From positions 736,001 to 800,000 of the forward strand of contig CAXXOU010000004.1 in assembly GCA_963677495.2 (NCBI GenBank): a stretch of 64,000 bases of DNA, given 5' to 3'. The notes below the pieces were generated by a model. That model was not told the origin of the DNA and searched no databases. It saw only the letters and a list, made by a program, of their open reading frames with translations. The position numbers and the translations under genes are program-made. Positions 30,925 through 39,833 of the stretch are shown here, piece after piece; positions within the stretch are counted from its first letter, which is position 1; the number at the start of each line of letters is the position of its first letter. This stretch comes from Candidatus Cloacimonadales bacterium (GTDB lineage: Bacteria > Cloacimonadota > Cloacimonadia > Cloacimonadales > JAFGVF01).

Positions 30925-31350
30925 ACTTACATCATTGGAGTCAAAGCGACCAAAGGGAGTTGGACTCATAGTGGTGTACTCTTGTCATTTTCGCTATTCG
31001 CTATTCGCCCATCTCCCTTCGGTCGCTATTGCTATTGCGACAGCTACTGGTTACATTCACTTCGCTCAGGGTGACATATCAGGAGCAGTCACCAGTGCGA
31101 GTTTACGAGCTTGGGGAAATGCGGAAAAGAAATGTTATCCGGTAGGCATTTAGTTGTTTGCCTAACGACTTATGAGCTCCTCCCGCTAGTCGTAGGTTCC
31201 CCGAACTCCCGTTGTTAGTAATTGTGACTATTTCATATTATCATAGTCAGTGTGATTTGCAATAACTTACAGCATTGGAGTCAAAGCGACCAAGGGAGTT
31301 GGACTCATAGTGGTGTACTCTTGCTAGAATTCGCTATGAGCCCAACTCGT
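30925..31350. repeat. Mosaic of dispersed REP-like repeats
   Basis: ~58-bp direct repeat (CATTGGAGTCAAAGCGACCAA...GTTGGACTCATAGTGGTGTACTCTTG) at ~30925-30984 and ~31265-31323, flanking a ~160-bp element also found at 37883-38060. Confidence 0.85.
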
Positions 31351-31456
31351 AAACTAGCTGTAGCTCCAGCTTCCAATTAGTTACACAGTGCCATTACCAA
31401 CAACTTAGCTATATTTATTACCCTTCATACTCCCTTTTACTGCTCATTCCACCAAC

Positions 31457-31550
31457 GCACTGTGCACGCACTGTGTCCCCACTTTGAAGGCACTGCCAAC
31501 CCACTGTTTCACTGGGTGCACAGTGCGTGCACAGTGGGAAAACAGTGCGA
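31457..31550. repeat. 11-bp-period array with inverted halves
   Basis: SCACTG core every 11 bp x5, then CAGTG core every 11 bp x3. Confidence 0.8.
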
Positions 31551-31688
31551 TGATTGCGTTTTGTTGGATAGTCAAGTGAAAGAGTACTATTATTGTACAG
31601 ATACTTATGAAATGAAATCATTTGACATAGAATAGGCTCAATCATATATGACAAACAAAATAACAAATAACATCTCAAGGAGAATCAT

Positions 31689-33122
31689 ATGAGTACTGAC
31701 GTAAGAGTCAGGTTTGCTCCAAGTCCGACCGGATACCTACATCTTGGAGGATTACGTGTAGCCTTATACAATTATGCTTTTGCAAAACAAAACAATGGCA
31801 AGTTCATACTTAGAATAGAAGATACAGACCAAGCACGTCTAGTTGAAGGTGCTGTTGAAAACTTAATTAGTTCATTAGAAGTAATGGGAATTACTTATGA
31901 TGAAGGTCCTAATAAAGACGCCGAATATGGCCCATATTTCCAGTCTCAAAGATTAGACATCTATAGAAAATATATCAATGAGCTAATTGCTAAAGGTCAT
32001 GCTTATTACTGTTTCTGTACTAAAGAAACTCTTGATGAGATGAGAACTAAAGCTCAGAAAGAGAAGAAATTCTTTAAGTATGACAGACGTTGTCATAAAC
32101 TATCCCAAGAAGAGATTCAAGCAAAACTTGATGCCGGTGAATCATATGTGGTTCGACTTAAAATGCCGGATGAAAGAATCTTCACATTCAACGACCTTGT
32201 TCGTGGTGAAGTTAGTATAGATGTTAAACAGATTGATGACCAGGTTATCCTAAAGTCAGATGGTTTCCCAACCTATCATTTAGCAGCTGTTGTTGACGAC
32301 CATCTCATGAAGATTTCACACGTATTCAGAGGAGAGGAGTGGCTTTCAAGTACTCCTAAACACATATTCCTATACGAATGCTTTGGTTGGACTCCACCAC
32401 AGTGGGTTCATCTTCCACTCATTCTTAACAAAGATAAGAGTAAACTCAGTAAACGTAAAAACGATGTTGCAGTTGAAACATATCTCGAGAAAGGTTATCA
32501 AAAAGATGCACTCATAAACTTCATTGCTTTACTTGGTTGGCACCCTTCAGAAGACAGAGAACTTTTCTCTATGGATGAGATTATCAAAGAGTTCAGTATT
32601 GATAGAGTCAACAAAGCAGGTGCTGTTTTTGATTTAACTAAGCTTGAATGGATGAGCGGTATGTATTTTAGAAGCTCTGACCTTGCTGATGTGGCTGATT
32701 ATGCCAGACCTCAGTTTGAGAAAGCCGGAATCGATATCTCAGACAATGACAAGTATCTTAGAGTTATCGATAAAGCTCGTGAATATATCTCAACTATCGA
32801 CCAGGTTATGGAGCATGCTGAGATGTATTATCGCCTTGGAGAGCTTAGCGAGAAAGATGCAGAGATGCTTAATAACGAAGAATCTCAGAAAGTTCTTGCC
32901 TACATGGCTGAAGCCTACAATACTGATCATATACTTTCACCGGATGAACTTAATGCAATTACTAAAGGTTCTATTGGTGAAATTGGCATTAAAGGTAAGA
33001 AGTTCTACTTCCCATTACGTTTGGCTTTAATCGGTAAAGGACATGGTCCTGATATGCCGGCTATATATAGTATCCTCGGTAAAGAGGAGTTCGTGAATAG
33101 ACTTAAAAGAGCAATTAAATAG
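31689..33122 (+). CDS. gltX: Glutamate-tRNA ligase
   Basis: RFAPSPTG.LH.GG, RIEDTD, RGEEW, KLSKR. Confidence 0.97.
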   Translation: MSTDVRVRFAPSPTGYLHLGGLRVALYNYAFAKQNNGKFILRIEDTDQARLVEGAVENLISSLEVMGITYDEGPNKDAEYGPYFQSQRLDIYRKYINELIAKGHAYYCFCTKETLDEMRTKAQKEKKFFKYDRRCHKLSQEEIQAKLDAGESYVVRLKMPDERIFTFNDLVRGEVSIDVKQIDDQVILKSDGFPTYHLAAVVDDHLMKISHVFRGEEWLSSTPKHIFLYECFGWTPPQWVHLPLILNKDKSKLSKRKNDVAVETYLEKGYQKDALINFIALLGWHPSEDRELFSMDEIIKEFSIDRVNKAGAVFDLTKLEWMSGMYFRSSDLADVADYARPQFEKAGIDISDNDKYLRVIDKAREYISTIDQVMEHAEMYYRLGELSEKDAEMLNNEESQKVLAYMAEAYNTDHILSPDELNAITKGSIGEIGIKGKKFYFPLRLALIGKGHGPDMPAIYSILGKEEFVNRLKRAIK

Positions 33123-33133
33123 AGGAGTACTAG

Positions 33134-33745
33134 ATGAAGTATTACAAGAAAATGATTGGTGAAAAGACTTACTTAGCTCCATTAAACATGGATGACCTTG
33201 AAAAGTATGTAGGCTGGGTTAATGACTTGCATGTGACTTTGTTCACAGGTCTTACTGACAGTATTATCGAAGAAGCTAAAGAACAAAAGCTCCTCGATAA
33301 GATGACTAATGACCCTAAAACTAAGATTATGGTTATTGTAAGTAAAGAAACAAATACTGCAATTGGTACTATTGCCCTTCATAATGTAAACTACATGAAT
33401 CGTAATGCTGAATTAGGCATTATGATAGGTGACAAGAGTCAGTGGAACAAAGGCTATGGTACTGAGGCAATAAATCTTATGCTTGACTTCGGTTTCAATG
33501 TCTTGAACCTGCACAGTATTTATCTTAGAACTCTCTCTTTCAACCAGCGTGGAATGCGTTGCTTCGAGAAGTGCGGTTTCCAGCAAGTAGGTAAATCTAG
33601 ACATGCTAAATTCGTGGGCGGTACTTACTACGATATGATTCATTATGATATCTTAGCTGATGAGTTTGAAAGTGTTTACTTCAAAGATATGGCTGAGAAG
33701 AGTATGAAAGAAGATAAATCACTCAATAAGATTTCTATTATCTAA
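33134..33745 (+). CDS. GNAT N-acetyltransferase (RimJ/RimL-like)
   Basis: AELGIMIG...WNKGYGTEA, N.R..RCFEKCGF. Confidence 0.9.
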   Translation: MKYYKKMIGEKTYLAPLNMDDLEKYVGWVNDLHVTLFTGLTDSIIEEAKEQKLLDKMTNDPKTKIMVIVSKETNTAIGTIALHNVNYMNRNAELGIMIGDKSQWNKGYGTEAINLMLDFGFNVLNLHSIYLRTLSFNQRGMRCFEKCGFQQVGKSRHAKFVGGTYYDMIHYDILADEFESVYFKDMAEKSMKEDKSLNKISII

Positions 33746-33762
33746 AAGAGATACAATTATAT

Positions 33763-33783
33763 GGGGGCAATGCCCCCTTTTTT
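33763..33783 (+). terminator. Rho-independent terminator
   Basis: GGGGGC-AAT-GCCCCC followed by a T run. Confidence 0.7.
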
Positions 33784-33788
33784 AAATC

Positions 33789-34898
33789 ATGTTCAAAAAA
33801 ATACACGGACAAGACAAGGCGATAGAACTACTTGAAAGAGCTATTACATCTCATAGAGTAGCTCAAGCTTATTTATTCTCAGGACCGAAAGGTGTTGGTA
33901 AGTTCACAACAGCACTATACTTTGGAATGGCTCTCAACTGTTTGAACGAACAGAAACGCAGACCTTGTGGAGAGTGTGCTTCATGTCGTAAGTTTCTTCA
34001 CTATAATCATCTGGATTTCTTGTATCTCTTTCCGACTCCTAATATGGACTTTAAAGAGGATGGCTCATTTGGAAACAACAAGTTCATTAAAGAGTATGAA
34101 GCCTTTATTGATAATAAGAAGAGATCTCCTTGGCAAGAGTTCTTTTTCTCAGTAAACAGTGAGATTAGACGTGATGCGATTCGAGTTGTGCAGTATAAGA
34201 TGAGTATGGCTAACAACGAAGCTAAATACAGAATCTGTATAATAGAAGATGCTGATCTTATGAACAACAACACTGCCAATGCTTTTCTTAAGACATTGGA
34301 AGAACCACCTGATAATACAGTAATCATTCTTACAACTACTCAGCCGGAAAGACTTCTACCTACAATCACATCCAGATGCCAGCAGATTAAGTTTAATCCT
34401 GTACGTAGGCAAATCATTCAAGAACATCTCATGAAAGAGTTCGGAGCAGATCCTACGATTGCTTCCTCAGTAGCAAAGCTTGTTAACGGTAACCTGGAGT
34501 TAGCTATTAATCTATTGGAGAATAGTGATTCCGATGCAAGAGACTTTGCTCTCAAACTTGTTAAGTGTTGTGCGAATGCTGACGATGTTGAATTCTTACA
34601 TATCGTTAATGAGTTTAAAACAGGTAGAAACCCTAAGTTCCTAGTTGAGTTTATATCAAATTTATCAATCTTACTTAATGATGTTGTGATGCTTAGAAAC
34701 CATCCAGAAGAGATTGTTATGCCTGATAGTGTTGAGACTTATAAAGCTTTCTACAAGCAAAACAGTATGATTGATGAAGCTCTTATTGATTATATCCCTG
34801 AATTGGAAAGTATGAGTAAATCAGCCCGTGGTAAAGTTAATCCACAGTTAATTGTAACTGAAATCTATTACAGGATCTGTCAAAAACTTGGGCAATAG
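33789..34898 (+). CDS. holB: DNA polymerase III delta-prime subunit
   Basis: AYLFSGPKGVGK, PCGEC.SC, ANAFLKTLEEPP, LPTI.SRC. Confidence 0.93.
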   Translation: MFKKIHGQDKAIELLERAITSHRVAQAYLFSGPKGVGKFTTALYFGMALNCLNEQKRRPCGECASCRKFLHYNHLDFLYLFPTPNMDFKEDGSFGNNKFIKEYEAFIDNKKRSPWQEFFFSVNSEIRRDAIRVVQYKMSMANNEAKYRICIIEDADLMNNNTANAFLKTLEEPPDNTVIILTTTQPERLLPTITSRCQQIKFNPVRRQIIQEHLMKEFGADPTIASSVAKLVNGNLELAINLLENSDSDARDFALKLVKCCANADDVEFLHIVNEFKTGRNPKFLVEFISNLSILLNDVVMLRNHPEEIVMPDSVETYKAFYKQNSMIDEALIDYIPELESMSKSARGKVNPQLIVTEIYYRICQKLGQ

Positions 34899-35616
34899 CT
34901 ATACTCTTAAAAATCACTTAATTATTAAAGAGTGGCTGGATAAATACAACATTCTTGCCATATTCGGAGATAACTCAATCCCTTATAGAGAGTTTCTTGC
35001 TAATCCGGGACCTATCCAATGTGGAGACTTTGTTCTGCAACCGTATCAGTTGATAAGATGCAAGCAGACTCATTCTGATCTAGTACATATTATCATATAT
35101 AATGATGCAGGCTCCGGTATTCTAAAGGGTAAAAGGGAGATACCATTAGTCGATGGTTTCATCTGTGATACTCCATATCTTTTCCCATTCGTTGTATCTG
35201 CTGACTGTACGCCAATTCTAATCGTTGCACCTGATGTCAGAGTTATAGCTTGTGTGCATAGTGGTAGAGTAGGAACTGAGAGGAACATACTCGGTAAAAC
35301 ATTGAAGCGGCTTATAACTGAATATAAAGCTAATCCTCAAATACTTGAACTAAAGACAGGTCCGGCAATCTGTAAAGAGCATTATCCGGTAGACAAGACT
35401 ACCTTCGATAACTTTGTTTCGGCTACAGGCATAGAACAAGATTATCCATATCTTGATTTGAGAAAAGTGCAACTGCAACAAGCTTTAGCTACAGGAGTTA
35501 AACTTGAACATATTGAGATTAGTAATACTTGTACTCTTGAGTCTGATAGATGTGCATCATATCGTGAGAATGGTACCCGTGAGCGTCAGATTAATCTAAT
35601 CGGAATCTTAAAGTAG
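34888..35616 (+). CDS. pgeF: PgeF/YfiH-family (polyphenol oxidase-like) protein
   Basis: QTHS, DG, ADC.PI, HSGR.G, GPAIC, CT...SYR. Start uncertain. Confidence 0.85.
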   Translation: MGNSYTLKNHLIIKEWLDKYNILAIFGDNSIPYREFLANPGPIQCGDFVLQPYQLIRCKQTHSDLVHIIIYNDAGSGILKGKREIPLVDGFICDTPYLFPFVVSADCTPILIVAPDVRVIACVHSGRVGTERNILGKTLKRLITEYKANPQILELKTGPAICKEHYPVDKTTFDNFVSATGIEQDYPYLDLRKVQLQQALATGVKLEHIEISNTCTLESDRCASYRENGTRERQINLIGILK

Positions 35617-36611
35617 ACTCTCCAGAATCTCTTTAGGATTATTTACTGGTATTATTTTAGACAGCTGATATTCTGCCCTTTTAAATCGATACTTTGCCGG
35701 TATTGGAGCTTTGTTAAGTAACTGATAGTTCCCTTCCATAAACTCATAGGAGATGTTTAATCCCTTTCCATTCCAAACAAACACCGGCTTATTAAGCTCA
35801 ATCGCATCCCTTACTGTATAGAGTGTCCCTGAATTGAGAGATGTCTGCACCACGAAAAGAGCGTCACTAATTGCACTCTGCAACCTGTCTCTAAGAATCA
35901 ACCAAGCTCTTTTAACAGAGAAGGAAGGGGGCAACTCAGAGAGAAGATATCCACCATATTCAATAATATCATTTGCAAGCTGCTTGTTCTCTGTCGGATA
36001 GGTTGAAGCATGAAGACCATTACCAATAATCGCTCCTGTATAAGCAGAATTGCAAAGACCATTCTTGAAACATGATATACTCCCGTGATGCCCGGCTGTA
36101 TCACATCCAATAGCCAGCCCACTATGATTCCAGATACCGTTTTCAGCGAAGAGCTGTCCTGCCTGGAAAGCTATTGCTCCCGCATACTTAGGATCTATTA
36201 CTCTACTACCAATAATAGCGACGCCTTTTCCATCACTGCTTTCTCAAAGTTACCTTTCCAACTTAGGAAAAGGGGAGGGATAGGGATCGATTTCATAAAT
36301 GCAGGATATTCATTCGACTCATAAGAGGTGTACCTTATATTGTATCTATCCAGAAGCGCTAACTCGTTCTCTGCAATACGCTCAAGATAGTCATCTTTAA
36401 TATTTACTAACTCGTTTAAGAGTGAGTTCTTTGTATACTCAGGTAAGAGAGACTGACGTTCAGAGACAGTCAGCTGGAATAGATTAATTGAAGAAGTAAC
36501 AGAATCCAAGATGAACTTCACATATTCACCATACTCACTTACGAGCTTCAGCTTATCGCAAAGGGCTGCAATAAGCGTCAGTTTCATGTACTCCTTATGT
36601 GTATAAACCAT
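35608..36611 (-). pseudogene. dprA: DNA-processing protein DprA, split by one 1-nt frameshift at ~36227 (likely sequencing error)
   Basis: YP..MK.IP.PP..L. Adding one A restores GVAIIGSR...SGLAIGCDTAGH...LSELPP...RDRLQSAIS...SGTLYT as one frame. Confidence 0.85.
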
Positions 36612-36641
36612 CAGACCTTACTTTTACTTTGTAACTATGAG

Positions 36642-37766
36642 TTAATCTTTCTTCTCAAACTCCTTAATAAGCGTTTGAACTGCTTGTGTTGAAGTAATAT
36701 CTCCTGACATTAAACGATTTTCAATTTCCGGTAGCATAGCCTTAGTAGTAACATTATTATAGAAGGAATTCAGCAGATAGTCTTCCAGCATGAAATGCAT
36801 CCATTCCAGTTGTTGCTCTTTACGTCTGGACTCGAAAACACCACTCTCAGAGGTCTTATCTCTGAAATCCATTATACTATCCCAGATTTCGTTAACTCCC
36901 GTATTCTTAAGAGCTGAGCATGTCTTGGCAATTGTTTGCCAGCCATTGGTTGCGGGAGCGATATAATGCAGAACCTGATTGAACTCAGACTTAGTCATCT
37001 CAGCTCTTTGCTTGTTATCACCATCTGCTTTGTTAACAACAATCATATCAGCAATCTCAATAATCCCTTTCTTAATGCCTTGGAGCTCATCACCGGCACC
37101 GGCAATCTGTACAACCAGGAAGAAATCAACCATAGAACGTACAGTTACTTCTGATTGTCCTACACCAACAGTTTCGATGATTATAACATCAAACCCGGCA
37201 GCTTCGCAAAGTAAGATACTCTCACGAGTCTTTCTTGTAACTCCACCAAGTGCCCCACTAGATGGGGATGGACGGATAAAGCTCTCTTTCGCTCTTGAAA
37301 GATACTCCATTCTTGTTTTGTCACCAAGAATACTACCTTTACTTCTGGTACTACTGGGATCAACAGCCAGGACAGCCACTTTGTGACCCTTCTCTATCAG
37401 GTTCAAACCAAGTGTTTCAATGAGAGTACTCTTTCCTGCACCCGGCACTCCTGTGATTCCAATACGGATTGATTTACCGCTTTGAGGAAGTATCTTCTTT
37501 ATAAGCTCTTGAGCTTGCTGAATATGTTTGTCGGAATTACTCTCAATTAATGTAATAGCACGTGCTAGCACGATTCTATCCTGATTCATTATCCCATTGT
37601 AATAATCATCAACAGAGAGTTGGTTCCTTCGCACAGTAGGCCTGGTCTTTGTGTTAGAGTTTTTATATGGTAACCCCTCATGAGTGGATTTGACTCCCGG
37701 CATTACCTTAGTTGTGAACTCTTTACCGGCCTTTTCAGGAACCCATTCCGGTCTTTTATCTTTCAT
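36642..37766 (-). CDS. meaB: Methylmalonyl-CoA mutase-associated GTPase
   Basis: GITGVPGAGKST, AVDPSS, GSILGDKTRM, ETVGVGQSE, GDELQGIKKG, NKAD. Confidence 0.96.
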   Translation of the reverse strand: MKDKRPEWVPEKAGKEFTTKVMPGVKSTHEGLPYKNSNTKTRPTVRRNQLSVDDYYNGIMNQDRIVLARAITLIESNSDKHIQQAQELIKKILPQSGKSIRIGITGVPGAGKSTLIETLGLNLIEKGHKVAVLAVDPSSTRSKGSILGDKTRMEYLSRAKESFIRPSPSSGALGGVTRKTRESILLCEAAGFDVIIIETVGVGQSEVTVRSMVDFFLVVQIAGAGDELQGIKKGIIEIADMIVVNKADGDNKQRAEMTKSEFNQVLHYIAPATNGWQTIAKTCSALKNTGVNEIWDSIMDFRDKTSESGVFESRRKEQQLEWMHFMLEDYLLNSFYNNVTTKAMLPEIENRLMSGDITSTQAVQTLIKEFEKKD

Positions 37767-37838
37767 AGTTTATCCTTGAATGTATTGTATAAATATAGAT
37801 AAATACCTCCCAATTTCTGACAAGGAATTTCTTTCACC

Positions 37839-38275
37839 TGGTACGCGGACATCCCTGCTTGCACATTCCCCTCTAGCCAGTTAGGGTGACATATCAGGAG
37901 CAGTCACCAGTGCGAGTTTACGAGCTTGGGGAAATGCGGAATGCGGAACTTATACATTTCTTACTTCGGAGTCGCAATAAGTTGTTCGCCTATCGGCTTA
38001 CGAGCTCCTCCCACCGGTCGTCGGTTCCCCGAACTCCCGATGGTCGTAATGGTGACTGCTTTAGACTTCATTCATCTCCGCTCAGGGTGACATAGAAATC
38101 CAGTTCCATAGGTTGAAACCAATGGCTATTATAAGCTGACTCCTTCAGGGTTTCGAACAATGCATAAACGACATACAGGCAAACATCCTTACCCTAACAG
38201 GGTAACATTATAATAGCCATGGGCTTTAGCCCATGTGAATGTCATCCCAAAAACCCGACCCTAAAGGGGTCGCCC
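37839..38275. repeat. Mosaic of palindromic repeats at the left edge of the island
   Basis: Second copy of the 31068-31230 element with AGCAGTCACCA/TGGTGACTGCT inverted ends, CGCTCAGGGTGACA units, and hairpins ACCCT-AAC-AGGGT, CATGGGCT-TT-AGCCCATG, CGACCC-TAAAG-GGGTCG. Confidence 0.8.
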
Positions 38276-38531
38276 AACATCCTCATAACGCAATTGTTGT
38301 TTCATGCAAATGTTGTATTTAACAAAAATAATATATTTGACAAATAATACATAACATATAAAAGTCGTACATAAACAGAAAAGGAGGAATGCTTCTAACC
38401 CCTTGTTATGTGGGCACATGTTGTCCACCCTCAGTATTTATCATTTAAGGCAACTTTTACACAAAGTTTAATCAGGTCGTCGTTGTATTTACTCTGCGAC
38501 TACCGCCCACCTAGTACAAAGGAGTTTTCAA

Positions 38532-39146
38532 ATGATATATGAAATAACATGTAAGGAAAACGCTTGGATAGTCCCGGAACGGCTCAAACCGATTCTAATC
38601 ACGGAAGGCTTCAGATATGTGTTAGTAGCACTTAATACACCTTCCAAACGCATTAACTTGTTCAACTTCTTCTTTCAAAACCACACCCCACCGAATCTGG
38701 CAATCGATAAAACTAACTATGAGAAGCTCTTAGCTTTTGATAGCACATTAAACCAAAACTACAAACAGATTCAAGAGAAATCACACTTCTTTAAACTCCT
38801 GAATCTACTAAGCAAATATCAACGAAACTACAGATACCAAAGTAAAAGAAACTCTATCGTAGGAATGAAGTTTAACCATCACAGGTATTACCAAATCGTA
38901 TCTGTCTTACAGAAATATCTCTCCGAGTATTCAGGACAAGATGAGTACATTCTCACAATCAATAAATCACTACATAGCCTGATTCTTGCCACAATGTACG
39001 CCTTAAAACAGCAAGCCCCTATGTTCCATTCGCATCTGCAAAAATGCTTCAAACATGATTACTGGGTGCTCTATGAACCGACGTGTGAACCTGATTTCAA
39101 TCTGGTTATTAACTCAGTGCCTGATGGGCAGGGGAGGGGAGAATGA
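38532..39146 (+). CDS. Hypothetical protein, paralog of the next gene
   Basis: 204 aa, AAGGAG RBS. Shares KPI..TEGF...AL..P.K.I and P....H/Y...F......LYE/DP with the downstream ORF. Confidence 0.8.
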   Translation: MIYEITCKENAWIVPERLKPILITEGFRYVLVALNTPSKRINLFNFFFQNHTPPNLAIDKTNYEKLLAFDSTLNQNYKQIQEKSHFFKLLNLLSKYQRNYRYQSKRNSIVGMKFNHHRYYQIVSVLQKYLSEYSGQDEYILTINKSLHSLILATMYALKQQAPMFHSHLQKCFKHDYWVLYEPTCEPDFNLVINSVPDGQGRGE

Positions 39147-39739
39147 AATACGAACTTATCATAGGTAATGATCACTGGACTACTTCAGAATCAATAAAAC
39201 CTATCAAAAAGACAGAGGGTTTCTTCATCCTTGAGGAAGCTCTAACCCATCCCAACAAGGTAATTTCCATTACAAAGACTTTCCTTGCATATTACTTCCC
39301 GAGGTTATATGAGATTCCATATTGTGAAGTAACCCCGGGTTTCGGTACTGACTACTTGAATTCATGCTATAAGTTCGCAAAAGAGGAGCGACAAAACAGT
39401 TTATTTCTCTATAAGCAGTATATGCTCTATAGAGAGAAACTCGAACAATCAAGGAGAGTTTTATCAACTGTCGAAGCTGATATCTTTGCTGAACAGGTAG
39501 ATAAGATTGAAGAGATAATCTATAAATCTATAAATATCAATGACAATTTAGACAGCTTCATCAAAGAAGTTAATCATAAAGCATGTTGCTACGTAGTCAC
39601 TGCCCGAAACAAACTAAAGATCAAATCCCCAATCCTGTATGAATATATAATGAAGACATTCACCTTCGGCAGACTTATCCTGTATGACCCGAAGAAATCG
39701 AAAGGAATTGAACTGTCGATTCTCGAAAAGATAAACTAA
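39143..39739 (+). CDS. Hypothetical protein, paralog of the previous gene
   Basis: 198 aa, ATGA overlap, GGGAGGGG RBS. Confidence 0.8.
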   Translation: MKYELIIGNDHWTTSESIKPIKKTEGFFILEEALTHPNKVISITKTFLAYYFPRLYEIPYCEVTPGFGTDYLNSCYKFAKEERQNSLFLYKQYMLYREKLEQSRRVLSTVEADIFAEQVDKIEEIIYKSININDNLDSFIKEVNHKACCYVVTARNKLKIKSPILYEYIMKTFTFGRLILYDPKKSKGIELSILEKIN

Positions 39740-39740
39740 C

Positions 39741-39765
39741 AAAAGCCCGAGAAATCGGGCTTTTT
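39741..39765. terminator. Bidirectional terminator
   Basis: AAAAGCCCGA-GAAA-TCGGGCTTTTT. Confidence 0.85.
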
Positions 39766-39833
39766 ACAATGCTAAATGGTAAATGCTAAATGTCTGCACT
39801 TCGTGCAATTATGAATTAAAACACAAAAAACTA

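Noticed and set aside
30935..31678. 72-aa and 86-aa ORFs, and similarly 37886-38095 and 21632-21847
   Set aside because: They lie within non-coding repeat elements, and the reading frames are not kept between repeat copies.
35898..36324. Short ORFs 35898-36122 and 36085-36324
   Set aside because: They are alternative frames over the frameshifted dprA.
38389..38448. 19-aa leader peptide after AGGAGG
   Set aside because: SD lies only 1 nt from the ATG and there is no attenuator codon run.
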